Source: a bacterium
Lineage (GTDB): Bacteria; Verrucomicrobiota; Verrucomicrobiia; Chthoniobacterales; Terrimicrobiaceae
Assembly: GCA_037147075.1 (NCBI GenBank)
Contig: JBAWVX010000001.1
Span: forward strand, 8,917-72,916
Direction: 5' to 3'
DNA length: 64,000 nt
Of this stretch, positions 47,308 to 57,138 are shown piece after piece (the stretch's first letter is position 1; the number at the start of each line of letters is the position of its first letter). The translations under genes and the position numbers were made by a program. The notes below the pieces were generated by a model that was not told where the DNA came from, did not search any database, and worked only from the letters and a program-made list of their open reading frames with translations.

Positions 47308-49602
47308 TTAGAATTTGGAGTTGATCTCGAAGTAGAAGATGTTCGTGTCGTATTGTGGACCAGTGAGGCTGTCCGAGCCCATCCAGCGGGCGCCTATGTA
47401 GACGTTCTCGGAGAGGGAGAGGAAGCCGGCGACGGTGAATCCTTGCATGTTGGTGCCGCCACCGCCGAAATCGGAGTCGGTGAAACCGTCCACGACCGAG
47501 TCGGAACCGATCCAGCGGTAGCCCACGGAGAGGAGCCAGTCCCAGCGTTTGGCCAGAGCCTGAGTGCCCACACGAAGGTCAACGAACCATCCGTAGGGGC
47601 TGCCATCGAACACGCCGATGTCGGTGAGGTTGTTGGAATCAATCGCACTGCGGTTGTTCACAGCGATTGCATTGATGTCTTGCTTGTTGAAAGCGAGGTT
47701 TTGCACATACTCACCGACCAGCGAGACGCGCACGGGCTCGAAGCCATCGTAGTCAATCTGGGAGGTGAGGGCGAGTTCGGTGAATTTGGTGGCGAGGCCG
47801 TAGTATTGCCACTGGTTGATTGCGCCGTAGTCGTTGCTGGCATCCGGCGTGATGTTTCGGATGGCCATGTAGGTGTTGCCCTTTTGGGCGAACGAGGGGC
47901 GGCTGTTATCCGTGTTGCTCGCATCGTTCGCAGTGAGCGGAGTGTAAGGATCGGAGAGTTTGCCTTCGATATTATAGAAGTAGTAGAGGGCTGCAGCGGT
48001 CTTCCACTTGATGTCGTCGCCGATCTTCCACTCGAAGCCGGCTTGTCCACCGAAGAGGTATTTGTCGTAGCTGGCGAATTTTGCTGGCTGGTTGGAGGAG
48101 AAGTTGAAGTCGGTATTGTAGACAACAAACGCGCCGCCCGTGCCGAAGAGGGAGAAGTTTTCGGTGAGGTTGGCCTTGGTCGTGAGGGCGGTGCCGTCGA
48201 AGCCGAGGTCGTCATCCCACGTCAGACGGGTGCTGAAGAAAGGATTTTCAAAGCGACCGACCCATGCGGTGGACTTCACGGCGTCCGTGATGTTGAAGTC
48301 ATAGCGCAGGAAGGCGCGGTCGAGCCAGATGGCGTATTTGCTGAAGTTGCCGCCTTGGCCTTGGGTGGCGGAGTTGGCGACGCCCATGCCTTGGTTGGTG
48401 GAGACGGGCGTGTTGTTGCTGCCGGTGGCGACGCGGAAGCCCGAAGAGAAGTTCTCGCTCATGGCGAAGTCCATGCCGAAGCGGGCACGGAGGAGATACT
48501 GGTTGCGGTTCTGGTCAACATTCAGCTGAGGCGCGAACTGGGTGCCGGTGGTGTCGAAGGGAGCGCCGGTGTTGATGGCGTTGAAATTCGGGAAGGCCCC
48601 GGAGGCATCGTTGCCGGTTGGGAAGAAGGTGCCTGAATAGCGGACTCGCAGATCGAAGGCGGCTTTGCCGTTTTCCACCCATTTTGGGAGGCGGAGAGCT
48701 GCATTGATTTCGCGCGGTGTGCGGTCTGTGGCGAGTTCGAGTTTGATTTCCTCCTTGATCTGGTCCTTCACCGGCTGGGGTATGTGGGTCACACGGATGT
48801 CCTCGGGTGAGGATGGCGGGAGGTTGGAGCCTGCCGGAGCCGATGAGGCTGCTACCTGAACTGCGGCAGCCTGCGCTATGGCAACCATATCGGTTTGACT
48901 CTGTGCGCGAACGGCTTCCGCCTCGGCTTCCGCTTGGCGGATCATCTCGTTTGCTTCCTCCTGGCTCAGGATGCCGCGTTTCACGAGTTTCTGGATGAGG
49001 TTGACCGTGACATTGGCCGTGGGAGTGCTTGGGCTGGTGGGCAGCGGAGATTCCACGGTGGTTGCTTGTCCAGATGCGGTGGCGGATGGATTGCTGGCCT
49101 CCGAATGGGATTCACGGATTGTTGACTTGAGTGGCTTCACCTCTGGCGAGGGAGTTGGTTTTGGTGCCGAGGCGGCAGTGGCCTCATCCATTTTTGGGGA
49201 TGGTGCTGGAGTCGGTGAAGCCGCTGGCGCTGCGACGTCCACTGGTCCAGACAAGGAAAGTGCAACTGTTTGCTCGGCGGGTTGGACAGGTGTCGATGAA
49301 ACAGCTGCTGTGGGAGTGGAGGAACTCTCTGTTGAGGTGCTGGCAGGCGTTTGCGGAGTGGCCGTGGGGGTTGGGGATGACGAGGCTTGCGGCGCAGGGG
49401 AATCCGGGGCTTTCGTCGGTGGGGTATTTTTGTAGAGCGAATTCCACTGACCGGAGTCGGGCTGGGTGGAATTTTGGGCATATTCAAAAACCATTTTGTT
49501 TTTCGCTGGTTCTTTGATGCTATAGTCCTGTGCGCCGAGCGGCGTGACAGCCGCCAAGAGCGTGGCTGTCGAGAGATGGCGGATGGTTATGGGCAGTCTC
49601 AT
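47308..49602 (-). CDS. porin-like outer-membrane beta-barrel with long Pro/Thr/Ser-rich N-terminal region
   Basis: Start at ATG 49602 (MRLPITIRHLSTATLLAAVTPLGAQ signal). About 250 aa of PT/S-rich low complexity, then a helix LIQKLVKRGILSQEEANEMIRQAEAEAEA. Alternating beta-strand pattern follows, ending in aromatic NIFYFEINSKF. The upstream 61 codons of the listed ORF overlap tonB. Confidence 0.75.
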   Translation of the reverse strand: MRLPITIRHLSTATLLAAVTPLGAQDYSIKEPAKNKMVFEYAQNSTQPDSGQWNSLYKNTPPTKAPDSPAPQASSSPTPTATPQTPASTSTESSSTPTAAVSSTPVQPAEQTVALSLSGPVDVAAPAASPTPAPSPKMDEATAASAPKPTPSPEVKPLKSTIRESHSEASNPSATASGQATTVESPLPTSPSTPTANVTVNLIQKLVKRGILSQEEANEMIRQAEAEAEAVRAQSQTDMVAIAQAAAVQVAASSAPAGSNLPPSSPEDIRVTHIPQPVKDQIKEEIKLELATDRTPREINAALRLPKWVENGKAAFDLRVRYSGTFFPTGNDASGAFPNFNAINTGAPFDTTGTQFAPQLNVDQNRNQYLLRARFGMDFAMSENFSSGFRVATGSNNTPVSTNQGMGVANSATQGQGGNFSKYAIWLDRAFLRYDFNITDAVKSTAWVGRFENPFFSTRLTWDDDLGFDGTALTTKANLTENFSLFGTGGAFVVYNTDFNFSSNQPAKFASYDKYLFGGQAGFEWKIGDDIKWKTAAALYYFYNIEGKLSDPYTPLTANDASNTDNSRPSFAQKGNTYMAIRNITPDASNDYGAINQWQYYGLATKFTELALTSQIDYDGFEPVRVSLVGEYVQNLAFNKQDINAIAVNNRSAIDSNNLTDIGVFDGSPYGWFVDLRVGTQALAKRWDWLLSVGYRWIGSDSVVDGFTDSDFGGGGTNMQGFTVAGFLSLSENVYIGARWMGSDSLTGPQYDTNIFYFEINSKF

Positions 49603-49607
49603 GGGTA

Positions 49608-50306
49608 TTAGTTGGGTCGAGTGGCTTTCAATCGCATGACGATGGGCATCGGCATGCCTTCCGGTGGGGGAGCCTGCATTTGCAGACCGGTGAGGATTTC
49701 GTTGCGTAGGGCGGCATCTGTGGCGGGGTCGCCACTGGAGCCGGAGATGGTGGCACGGGTCACGCGTCCGGTTGCGTCCAGCCAAATGCGGGCGGTGACA
49801 TTGAGAGCCGCAGACTTTGTTTTTTTATGGTTGCGGAGAGCTTGGACGACGGAGCCTTGGACTTGCGAGGCATAACCTCCATATTTGGAACCCTTGCCGC
49901 CTTTTCCTGTGCCCGTGCCACCAATCATGCCGCCTCCACCTCCTTTGGCGAGGCCGAAGGCATCAGGGCCGTTGCCCTCGATATTCGTGCCAAGAGGAGC
50001 AGGTTCAGGCGCGCCTTGCGGCTCAGGTTGCGGAGCTTCCTCTGGTGTGAATTTTTCTTCCTTTGGCGTATCCGGTTCTGGTGGTTGCTCCTTTGGTGGT
50101 GGCGGAGGAGGTGGTGGTGGCGGAGGAGGTGGTGGCGGAGGAGGCAGGGAAATCATGACCGGACCAGAAGATTTTTTGGCTGGAGCTGACTTCGGTGCGC
50201 CCATGAAGAAAACTCCCAACACCACGATGAGGGCACCACCACCAAGAATGATCTTGATTTTGTGCTTCGCAAAGAAACTGGGCTCGTCTTCCTCTTCGTC
50301 CGGCAT
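49608..50306 (-). CDS. tonB: energy transducer TonB
   Basis: 232 aa with N-terminal TM IKIILGGGALIVVLGVFFMG, a run of 17 Pro, then (EP/KP)-rich spacer. C-terminal TonB-like domain YASQVQGSVVQAL..ARIWLDATGRVTRATISGSSGDPATDAAL. Confidence 0.85.
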   Translation of the reverse strand: MPDEEEDEPSFFAKHKIKIILGGGALIVVLGVFFMGAPKSAPAKKSSGPVMISLPPPPPPPPPPPPPPPPPKEQPPEPDTPKEEKFTPEEAPQPEPQGAPEPAPLGTNIEGNGPDAFGLAKGGGGGMIGGTGTGKGGKGSKYGGYASQVQGSVVQALRNHKKTKSAALNVTARIWLDATGRVTRATISGSSGDPATDAALRNEILTGLQMQAPPPEGMPMPIVMRLKATRPN

Positions 50307-50315
50307 GGTGTGTGG

Positions 50316-50714
50316 TTATTTCGGGCCTTGCGTGGCGAGACCGATTTGTTTGATGTCGAGGCGTCCCAGCACGTCGAGAACTTCCATGACCATCATGTAT
50401 TGCGTGGCGCGGTCTCCGCGGACCACCACGGGGAATTCCGGGATCTTTGATTTGTGCTCACTGAGCTTGGCCTCGAGTTCGGCGATCGTGACGGGCACGG
50501 TATCCAGGAAGAGTTTGCCTTCGTTGTTAACAGTGATCGATTTGCCTTTCGGCCCACCGAGAGCGGGAGCTTTGCTGCCTTTGGGCAGATCGACCTTAAC
50601 TCCCTGAACCCCCGCCGTGGTCATGATGATAAAAATCAGGAGCAGCACGAGGTAGAGGTCCACCATCGGGGTGACGTTGATGTCGTCGTAGGATTTGTCG
50701 TCGCCGGCGTCCAT
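50316..50714 (-). CDS. exbD: biopolymer transport protein ExbD/TolR
   Basis: 132 aa with DINVTPMVDLYLVLLLIFII TM and periplasmic domain LFLDTVPVTIAELEAKL..VVVRGDRATQYMMVMEVLDVL. Confidence 0.9.
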   Translation of the reverse strand: MDAGDDKSYDDINVTPMVDLYLVLLLIFIIMTTAGVQGVKVDLPKGSKAPALGGPKGKSITVNNEGKLFLDTVPVTIAELEAKLSEHKSKIPEFPVVVRGDRATQYMMVMEVLDVLGRLDIKQIGLATQGPK

Positions 50715-50720
50715 GATGCG

Positions 50721-52673
50721 TTATTTGTGTTTGACAAGGCGGTCCATGATGGCCGCGTTCTCGTCGCCTTTGGTTTCTTCGTAGCGGGCGGCCTCCTCCG
50801 GGGTGCGGATTTGGCGGATCGGAACGGTGAGGGCGCCATCGCCGGGAGTTGGGTAGAACTCGGCGACTTTGGCGATGAATTCATCGATGAATACCTGCAT
50901 CGCCGACACTGTGTTTTTGATGCTGGTATTCAAGAAGCTATACATAAACAGAGCAGGAATCGCGACGAGCAAGCCAACCGTCGTCGCCAAAAGCGCGCTC
51001 GCGATACCCGGAGCGATCGAGTTCACATCCACCTCGCCGGATTTCGCGATGATGGCGAAGGTGATCATAACGCCCACAACGGTTCCGAGCAGACCCACAT
51101 AGGGTCCGCCGGCGATACTGACCGTGAGGTAAACGAGGCCGTTGCCGAGGCGGTGTTGTTCGTGCACAAGGGCTGCGTCCAACGCGGCCCGGATGGCTTG
51201 AATGGATCTGGCCGAAAGCCCCTGACCTTTGTTTTTGCCAAAGCCAAGGCGGTGGCGGATTTCCTCCGAGCCAACGTGGTAGATGTGGTAGAGCGGGGAG
51301 TCCGCAAGGAGTTTGAGGGCTTTCTTGGTCGTCTTGCCGCCGAATGTTTTGGCGGACTCGGGATTATCGAGGTTGATCGCGGTGAGGTCGGTCGAGACAT
51401 CTTTCCAGAGGCGTTGAAATGCCACGTTACCTTTTTTGATCTTGCCCAGGCTGATGAATTTCATGACTGCAACGGACCAGCCGGCAATCATCATGATGAC
51501 GCAAAGTCCGATAGCCATCCAGCCGTCGAACATCATGTTGTGCGCAATGTCACCGAATAGGGCGAGGTGCTCCATGACCCCGCTGTGGCCTCCGCCAGCG
51601 CCGCCTTCGCCCTCGCCGAGAGCGACGAGTTTGCCGCTGGCATCGTTGCCAGCTTGGCCGGTGTAGGCCAGTTGAACCCAGCCTGCGGGGCGGGCGGTTT
51701 TTGAGAGGCTGAACTCATCGATTTCGCCAACGAGTCCGTTTTTGCCATCGGATTCGGCACCTAGCGTCGCGTCGCCCGCGATTGCAGGAAGAGCGGCTGC
51801 CACGGAGGAGTATTCCTTGCCATCCACATACAGCTTTGTTGTGGATCCATCGGAGACCACGGCAAGATGTTTCCAGACATTAGGTGCGACGGGGTCTGCT
51901 GGTGAGGATTTGGAAGTGCCGGAAGCGGACTTGATCACAACAACCGGAGCGCCGGATTGGAAAACAACTTGGAATCGGCCCGAGTCGTCTCCCCAATCAA
52001 AGAGGACGCCTTTTTCGCTCAAGGTGGATTGTTTTACCCATGCCGAGAGGGTGAACGGTTGACCGGCATCGGCGCGCAGAGTGGCGGATCCGGGAATTTT
52101 GGCTGCGGTGTTTCCGAGAAGCCGGAGGCCAGGCCCGATGAGAGCGCCTTCGGAGAGGGTGCCACCGGAGGTTGCATTGTTGGCGTTTTTCGTGACGTCT
52201 TTGGGCGTTGCCGCTGTGAAGTTGTAAGTCAGGATGGTGTCGGCATCGTAGGCCGCGAGAGGATCAGCAGCTTGATCGGCCGTAATTTTGGGGTTTCCGC
52301 TGTAGAGCCAGATTTTGGTTTGAGCACCGGGCTTGATATCGGGAATTTTCACCCAGACGAAGCCCTCGTTCATCAAGGCATCCCATTTTTCCACGCGTGA
52401 ATCGAGAGGGGTCTTGTCATCTTCTGTCACAAAGCGAATGTCGGTGCCGTCCTCTTTGGCTGTGGAAAAGTCGAAGTTTCCCTGGTGCAGGCGCAGCAGG
52501 ATGGTGGCGGTGCCGATGGGTTCGGTGATTTCGAATCCGGTCTTGCTGGTATCGATGGTTATGGATTTGCGCGCGGTCCATTCTTTGTTCCACCAAGCAT
52601 GGGATGTCGCTTGGACGGATAGAAGAGCCGTGGCGGCGAGAAGAGTTGTTCGGATGAATGCGGTTTTTTTCAT
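50721..52673 (-). CDS. DUF2341 + LamG/ConA-like + MotA/TolQ/ExbB proton-channel fusion protein
   Basis: 650 aa with signal peptide, then WWNKEWTARKSITIDTS..GTDIRFVTEDDKTPLDSRVEKW..VWVKIPDIKPG..IWLYSGNP (DUF2341-like). LamG-like FTLSAWVK..LYVDGKEY..GEIDEFSLS follows, then ExbB channel GGPYVGLLGTVVGVMITF..IAPGIASALLATTVGLLVAIPALF. Confidence 0.85.
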   Translation of the reverse strand: MKKTAFIRTTLLAATALLSVQATSHAWWNKEWTARKSITIDTSKTGFEITEPIGTATILLRLHQGNFDFSTAKEDGTDIRFVTEDDKTPLDSRVEKWDALMNEGFVWVKIPDIKPGAQTKIWLYSGNPKITADQAADPLAAYDADTILTYNFTAATPKDVTKNANNATSGGTLSEGALIGPGLRLLGNTAAKIPGSATLRADAGQPFTLSAWVKQSTLSEKGVLFDWGDDSGRFQVVFQSGAPVVVIKSASGTSKSSPADPVAPNVWKHLAVVSDGSTTKLYVDGKEYSSVAAALPAIAGDATLGAESDGKNGLVGEIDEFSLSKTARPAGWVQLAYTGQAGNDASGKLVALGEGEGGAGGGHSGVMEHLALFGDIAHNMMFDGWMAIGLCVIMMIAGWSVAVMKFISLGKIKKGNVAFQRLWKDVSTDLTAINLDNPESAKTFGGKTTKKALKLLADSPLYHIYHVGSEEIRHRLGFGKNKGQGLSARSIQAIRAALDAALVHEQHRLGNGLVYLTVSIAGGPYVGLLGTVVGVMITFAIIAKSGEVDVNSIAPGIASALLATTVGLLVAIPALFMYSFLNTSIKNTVSAMQVFIDEFIAKVAEFYPTPGDGALTVPIRQIRTPEEAARYEETKGDENAAIMDRLVKHK

Positions 52674-52682
52674 ATCGTGCTG

Positions 52683-54335
52683 TTACAGTTCTGCGGAGAT
52701 GCTGAAGGAAAAGAGTGGGTGGTAGGCTTCGGAAGGCGACTGGGTGATCTGTGGGATGCCGATGAAGAAATCTCCATTGACATGATTAAGCAGTCGCAGG
52801 CTGGTTCCGAAACCGTAGCTCCAGAGATTGAAGGTGGAGGTTTGCTCGGGCAGGGGATCGTTCAGCATCGCGTAGCCGGCATCGATGAAGACGAAAAACC
52901 TCCATTCATTGCCTTTCGGAAGCCAGCCTAGGAGTGACGGCGTGCGGAATTCCAGTGTTCCAGCGATGGCATTGTCGCCAGTGACCACCGACTCGAGGTA
53001 GCCACGCACGGTGGATTGCCCGCCGAGGCTGTATTGCTCTGTGTCCACGAGCGGATTCGCCGTCGCCTGGCCCTGGACCTCGCCAAAGAGTTGGAAATCC
53101 CAAGGCAACTTTTGGGTGTGGGAGAGGCTGCCGCGCAGGTAGAAAAAGTTTGCGTTGGCGTTGTAGCGACGATTGTCAAAATCAATCGCCTCCTGGGCAC
53201 CTGTTCCACGGAAGCAGAATGTGACTCCGGCGCTCAACTCCGTCTCGTAGTGTTTGCCGATCGAGCTGGCATTGTAATTGAGGGAGACTGGCCAATAGGT
53301 GAGGGGACTCGAGATGGTTTGGTTGCCGACCACGAGGTCCTGAGAGAAGTCTTTATAATCGATTCCTAGGCTGGCGGAGTGGTAGAAGCCGGTCTTAGCT
53401 GGGAGATTGAAAAGGAAGCGGCCTCCGTAGATTTCTCCATTGCCGAGCGAGTCGGTGCCGCCCAGAGTGGAAACCTCGCTGTTCTGACGCGTGGCTTGCA
53501 ACATGAGCGACAGCCAGTCGATGGCTGGTGTGCGGGCGATGTAATATCCCGAGTAAATGAGAGCGTCGCTCGGCCGCTGAGGCGCGATTTGAAATCCCAC
53601 GCCGATCGTGTGGCCCAGTTGCCAAAGATTATCGTAGCGAGCCGAGGCATCGAGACGGAGAGGAGTCGTATTGGGACTGTATCGGTTGTTCAGCTCGACA
53701 CTTCCGTGCAGCGGAAATTTGTCTTTCACTGTCAGGTCGACATCCACCGTTCCAGGGGTTTTACCGACGGCCAGGCTTGGGGTCACTTGGAGGTCGGCCG
53801 TTTGATTCAGCGCAATAATGTCCCGCTGCACATCGTTGAAATTCGGCACGGTGCCCTCCGCGAGTGCTGGTGCCATTTTTTTGATTTTATCGACATCGAA
53901 AAACCGGGAGCCTTTGACGCGCAGGCGACCGACAGTGGCCTCCGTGACTTGGAGGACTATCACGCCGGTGTTGATTCCTTGCGGCGGCACGGAGACTGAA
54001 ACCGTTTGGTAGCCGGCTTCATGGTATGCCTCCTCCAATGCCCCGCGTGCATTCTCGACATCCTCTGGTGTGCGACCTGGGCCGAGGTGTTTGTAGACTG
54101 CTTTGTCAACTGACGCAGTCGGTAGCTTTGTCGCTCCCACTACGCGGAATTCGCGAATCAAAAACGTTTGAGGAGGCTCCGGGTCGACAACAGGAGGTGG
54201 AGCTTCGCTCAAGGAAGCGTCTGGCTCTTGGGCGGACGAGTGGCTCGATATCATGATGCACACGGTCAGAATCCCGTGAATCAAGAGATATCTGAGTTGC
54301 GTGGTTTGGATGAGCCGGATCATTGGTCTGTGCAT
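52683..54335 (-). CDS. TpsB transporter (ShlB/FhaC/HecB family, POTRA + 16-strand barrel)
   Basis: Start at ATG 54335/54323 gives signal MHRPMIRLIQTTQLRYLLIHGILTVCIMISSHSSAQ. POTRA region FLIREFRVVGATKLP..VLQVTEATVGRLRVKGSRFF and barrel LSLGGQSTVRGY ending in F. The first 179 codons of ORF 52683-54872 were dropped. Confidence 0.88.
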   Translation of the reverse strand: MHRPMIRLIQTTQLRYLLIHGILTVCIMISSHSSAQEPDASLSEAPPPVVDPEPPQTFLIREFRVVGATKLPTASVDKAVYKHLGPGRTPEDVENARGALEEAYHEAGYQTVSVSVPPQGINTGVIVLQVTEATVGRLRVKGSRFFDVDKIKKMAPALAEGTVPNFNDVQRDIIALNQTADLQVTPSLAVGKTPGTVDVDLTVKDKFPLHGSVELNNRYSPNTTPLRLDASARYDNLWQLGHTIGVGFQIAPQRPSDALIYSGYYIARTPAIDWLSLMLQATRQNSEVSTLGGTDSLGNGEIYGGRFLFNLPAKTGFYHSASLGIDYKDFSQDLVVGNQTISSPLTYWPVSLNYNASSIGKHYETELSAGVTFCFRGTGAQEAIDFDNRRYNANANFFYLRGSLSHTQKLPWDFQLFGEVQGQATANPLVDTEQYSLGGQSTVRGYLESVVTGDNAIAGTLEFRTPSLLGWLPKGNEWRFFVFIDAGYAMLNDPLPEQTSTFNLWSYGFGTSLRLLNHVNGDFFIGIPQITQSPSEAYHPLFSFSISAEL

Positions 54336-54574
54336 TCGATCTTTTTTGATGAGATTTCGCAAACGGAGGATTGTTACGATTCTGTTACACGCCAATCGAG
54401 CGAAATCCCTGGCAGCTGGCCGAGCAAGCCTCTCGAGGTCGGTGGTTGAGCGGTCCAGCCGATGGGGATTTTTTTGATAAGCCGGGTTGATTTTCTTCTC
54501 AACAGCGCATGGAAGGGGAGTGCTTTTCATACAAGCCATGGCCTGGGAAAAGCCCCCAGCTTTCGGCGCACAGG

Positions 54575-54904
54575 CTAGAGGCGGGCGGGAGCGAAAATTG
54601 AAGGGCCTGCATCCTCGACAACGGCGAGTTGATCGAGACCTGCCGCGATGTCGAAATACTCCACAAGCTCGACAGGAATTTTCGACGGCGACGACACAGG
54701 AAGCGAGAGACTGAATCCAAGGATAATGAGGATTAATGCAGCCGCCCCGACCCAGGGGAGAAGAAATGGAGGAATAATCGTTTCGCGCGAGAGATTCCTG
54801 ACTGATCTCATCACATTTCTTGCAAAGAACGGAGAGACCAAGGGACGTGAGGCATTCCCGAGAAGATTCCACAAGGCTTCATTTTCTGAGAATTCCTCAT
54901 TCAT
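54575..54904 (-). CDS. small single-pass membrane protein (anti-sigma-factor-like N-terminus), hypothetical
   Basis: 109 aa. ATG 54904 lies 42 nt after the rpoD stop. WNLLGNASRPLVSPFFARNVMRSVR followed by TM IIPPFLLPWVGAAALILIILGFSL. Competes with the spurious 5' extension of the tpsB ORF in another frame. Confidence 0.5.
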   Translation of the reverse strand: MNEEFSENEALWNLLGNASRPLVSPFFARNVMRSVRNLSRETIIPPFLLPWVGAAALILIILGFSLSLPVSSPSKIPVELVEYFDIAAGLDQLAVVEDAGPSIFAPARL

Positions 54905-54946
54905 GTCTCATCAAACCCGCCTCAGTAGCTAAAGTTGCGCCAAATC

Positions 54947-57127
<2,181 letters not shown>

Positions 57128-57138
57128 TCTGCTTTCCG

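Noticed and set aside
46566-48636. Long plus-strand ORFs 46566-47324 (252 aa) and 47290-48636 (448 aa)
   Set aside because: They are antisense to the coiled-coil and porin-like genes. Their G/V/E/A-rich low-information sequence has no motifs. The minus-strand genes have signal peptides and tight operon spacing.
50454-51560. 368-aa plus-strand ORF
   Set aside because: It is antisense to exbD and the ExbB fusion, whose family motifs are clear.
54336-54872. N-terminal 179 codons of ORF 52683-54872, and similar 5' extensions of the dapF, dapB, folK, lipoprotein, PEP-CTERM, porin, dnaG, recF and nfeD-like ORFs
   Set aside because: The extensions overlap neighbouring genes or terminators and precede obvious signal peptides or conserved N-termini. 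Internal starts that fit operon junctions were chosen instead.
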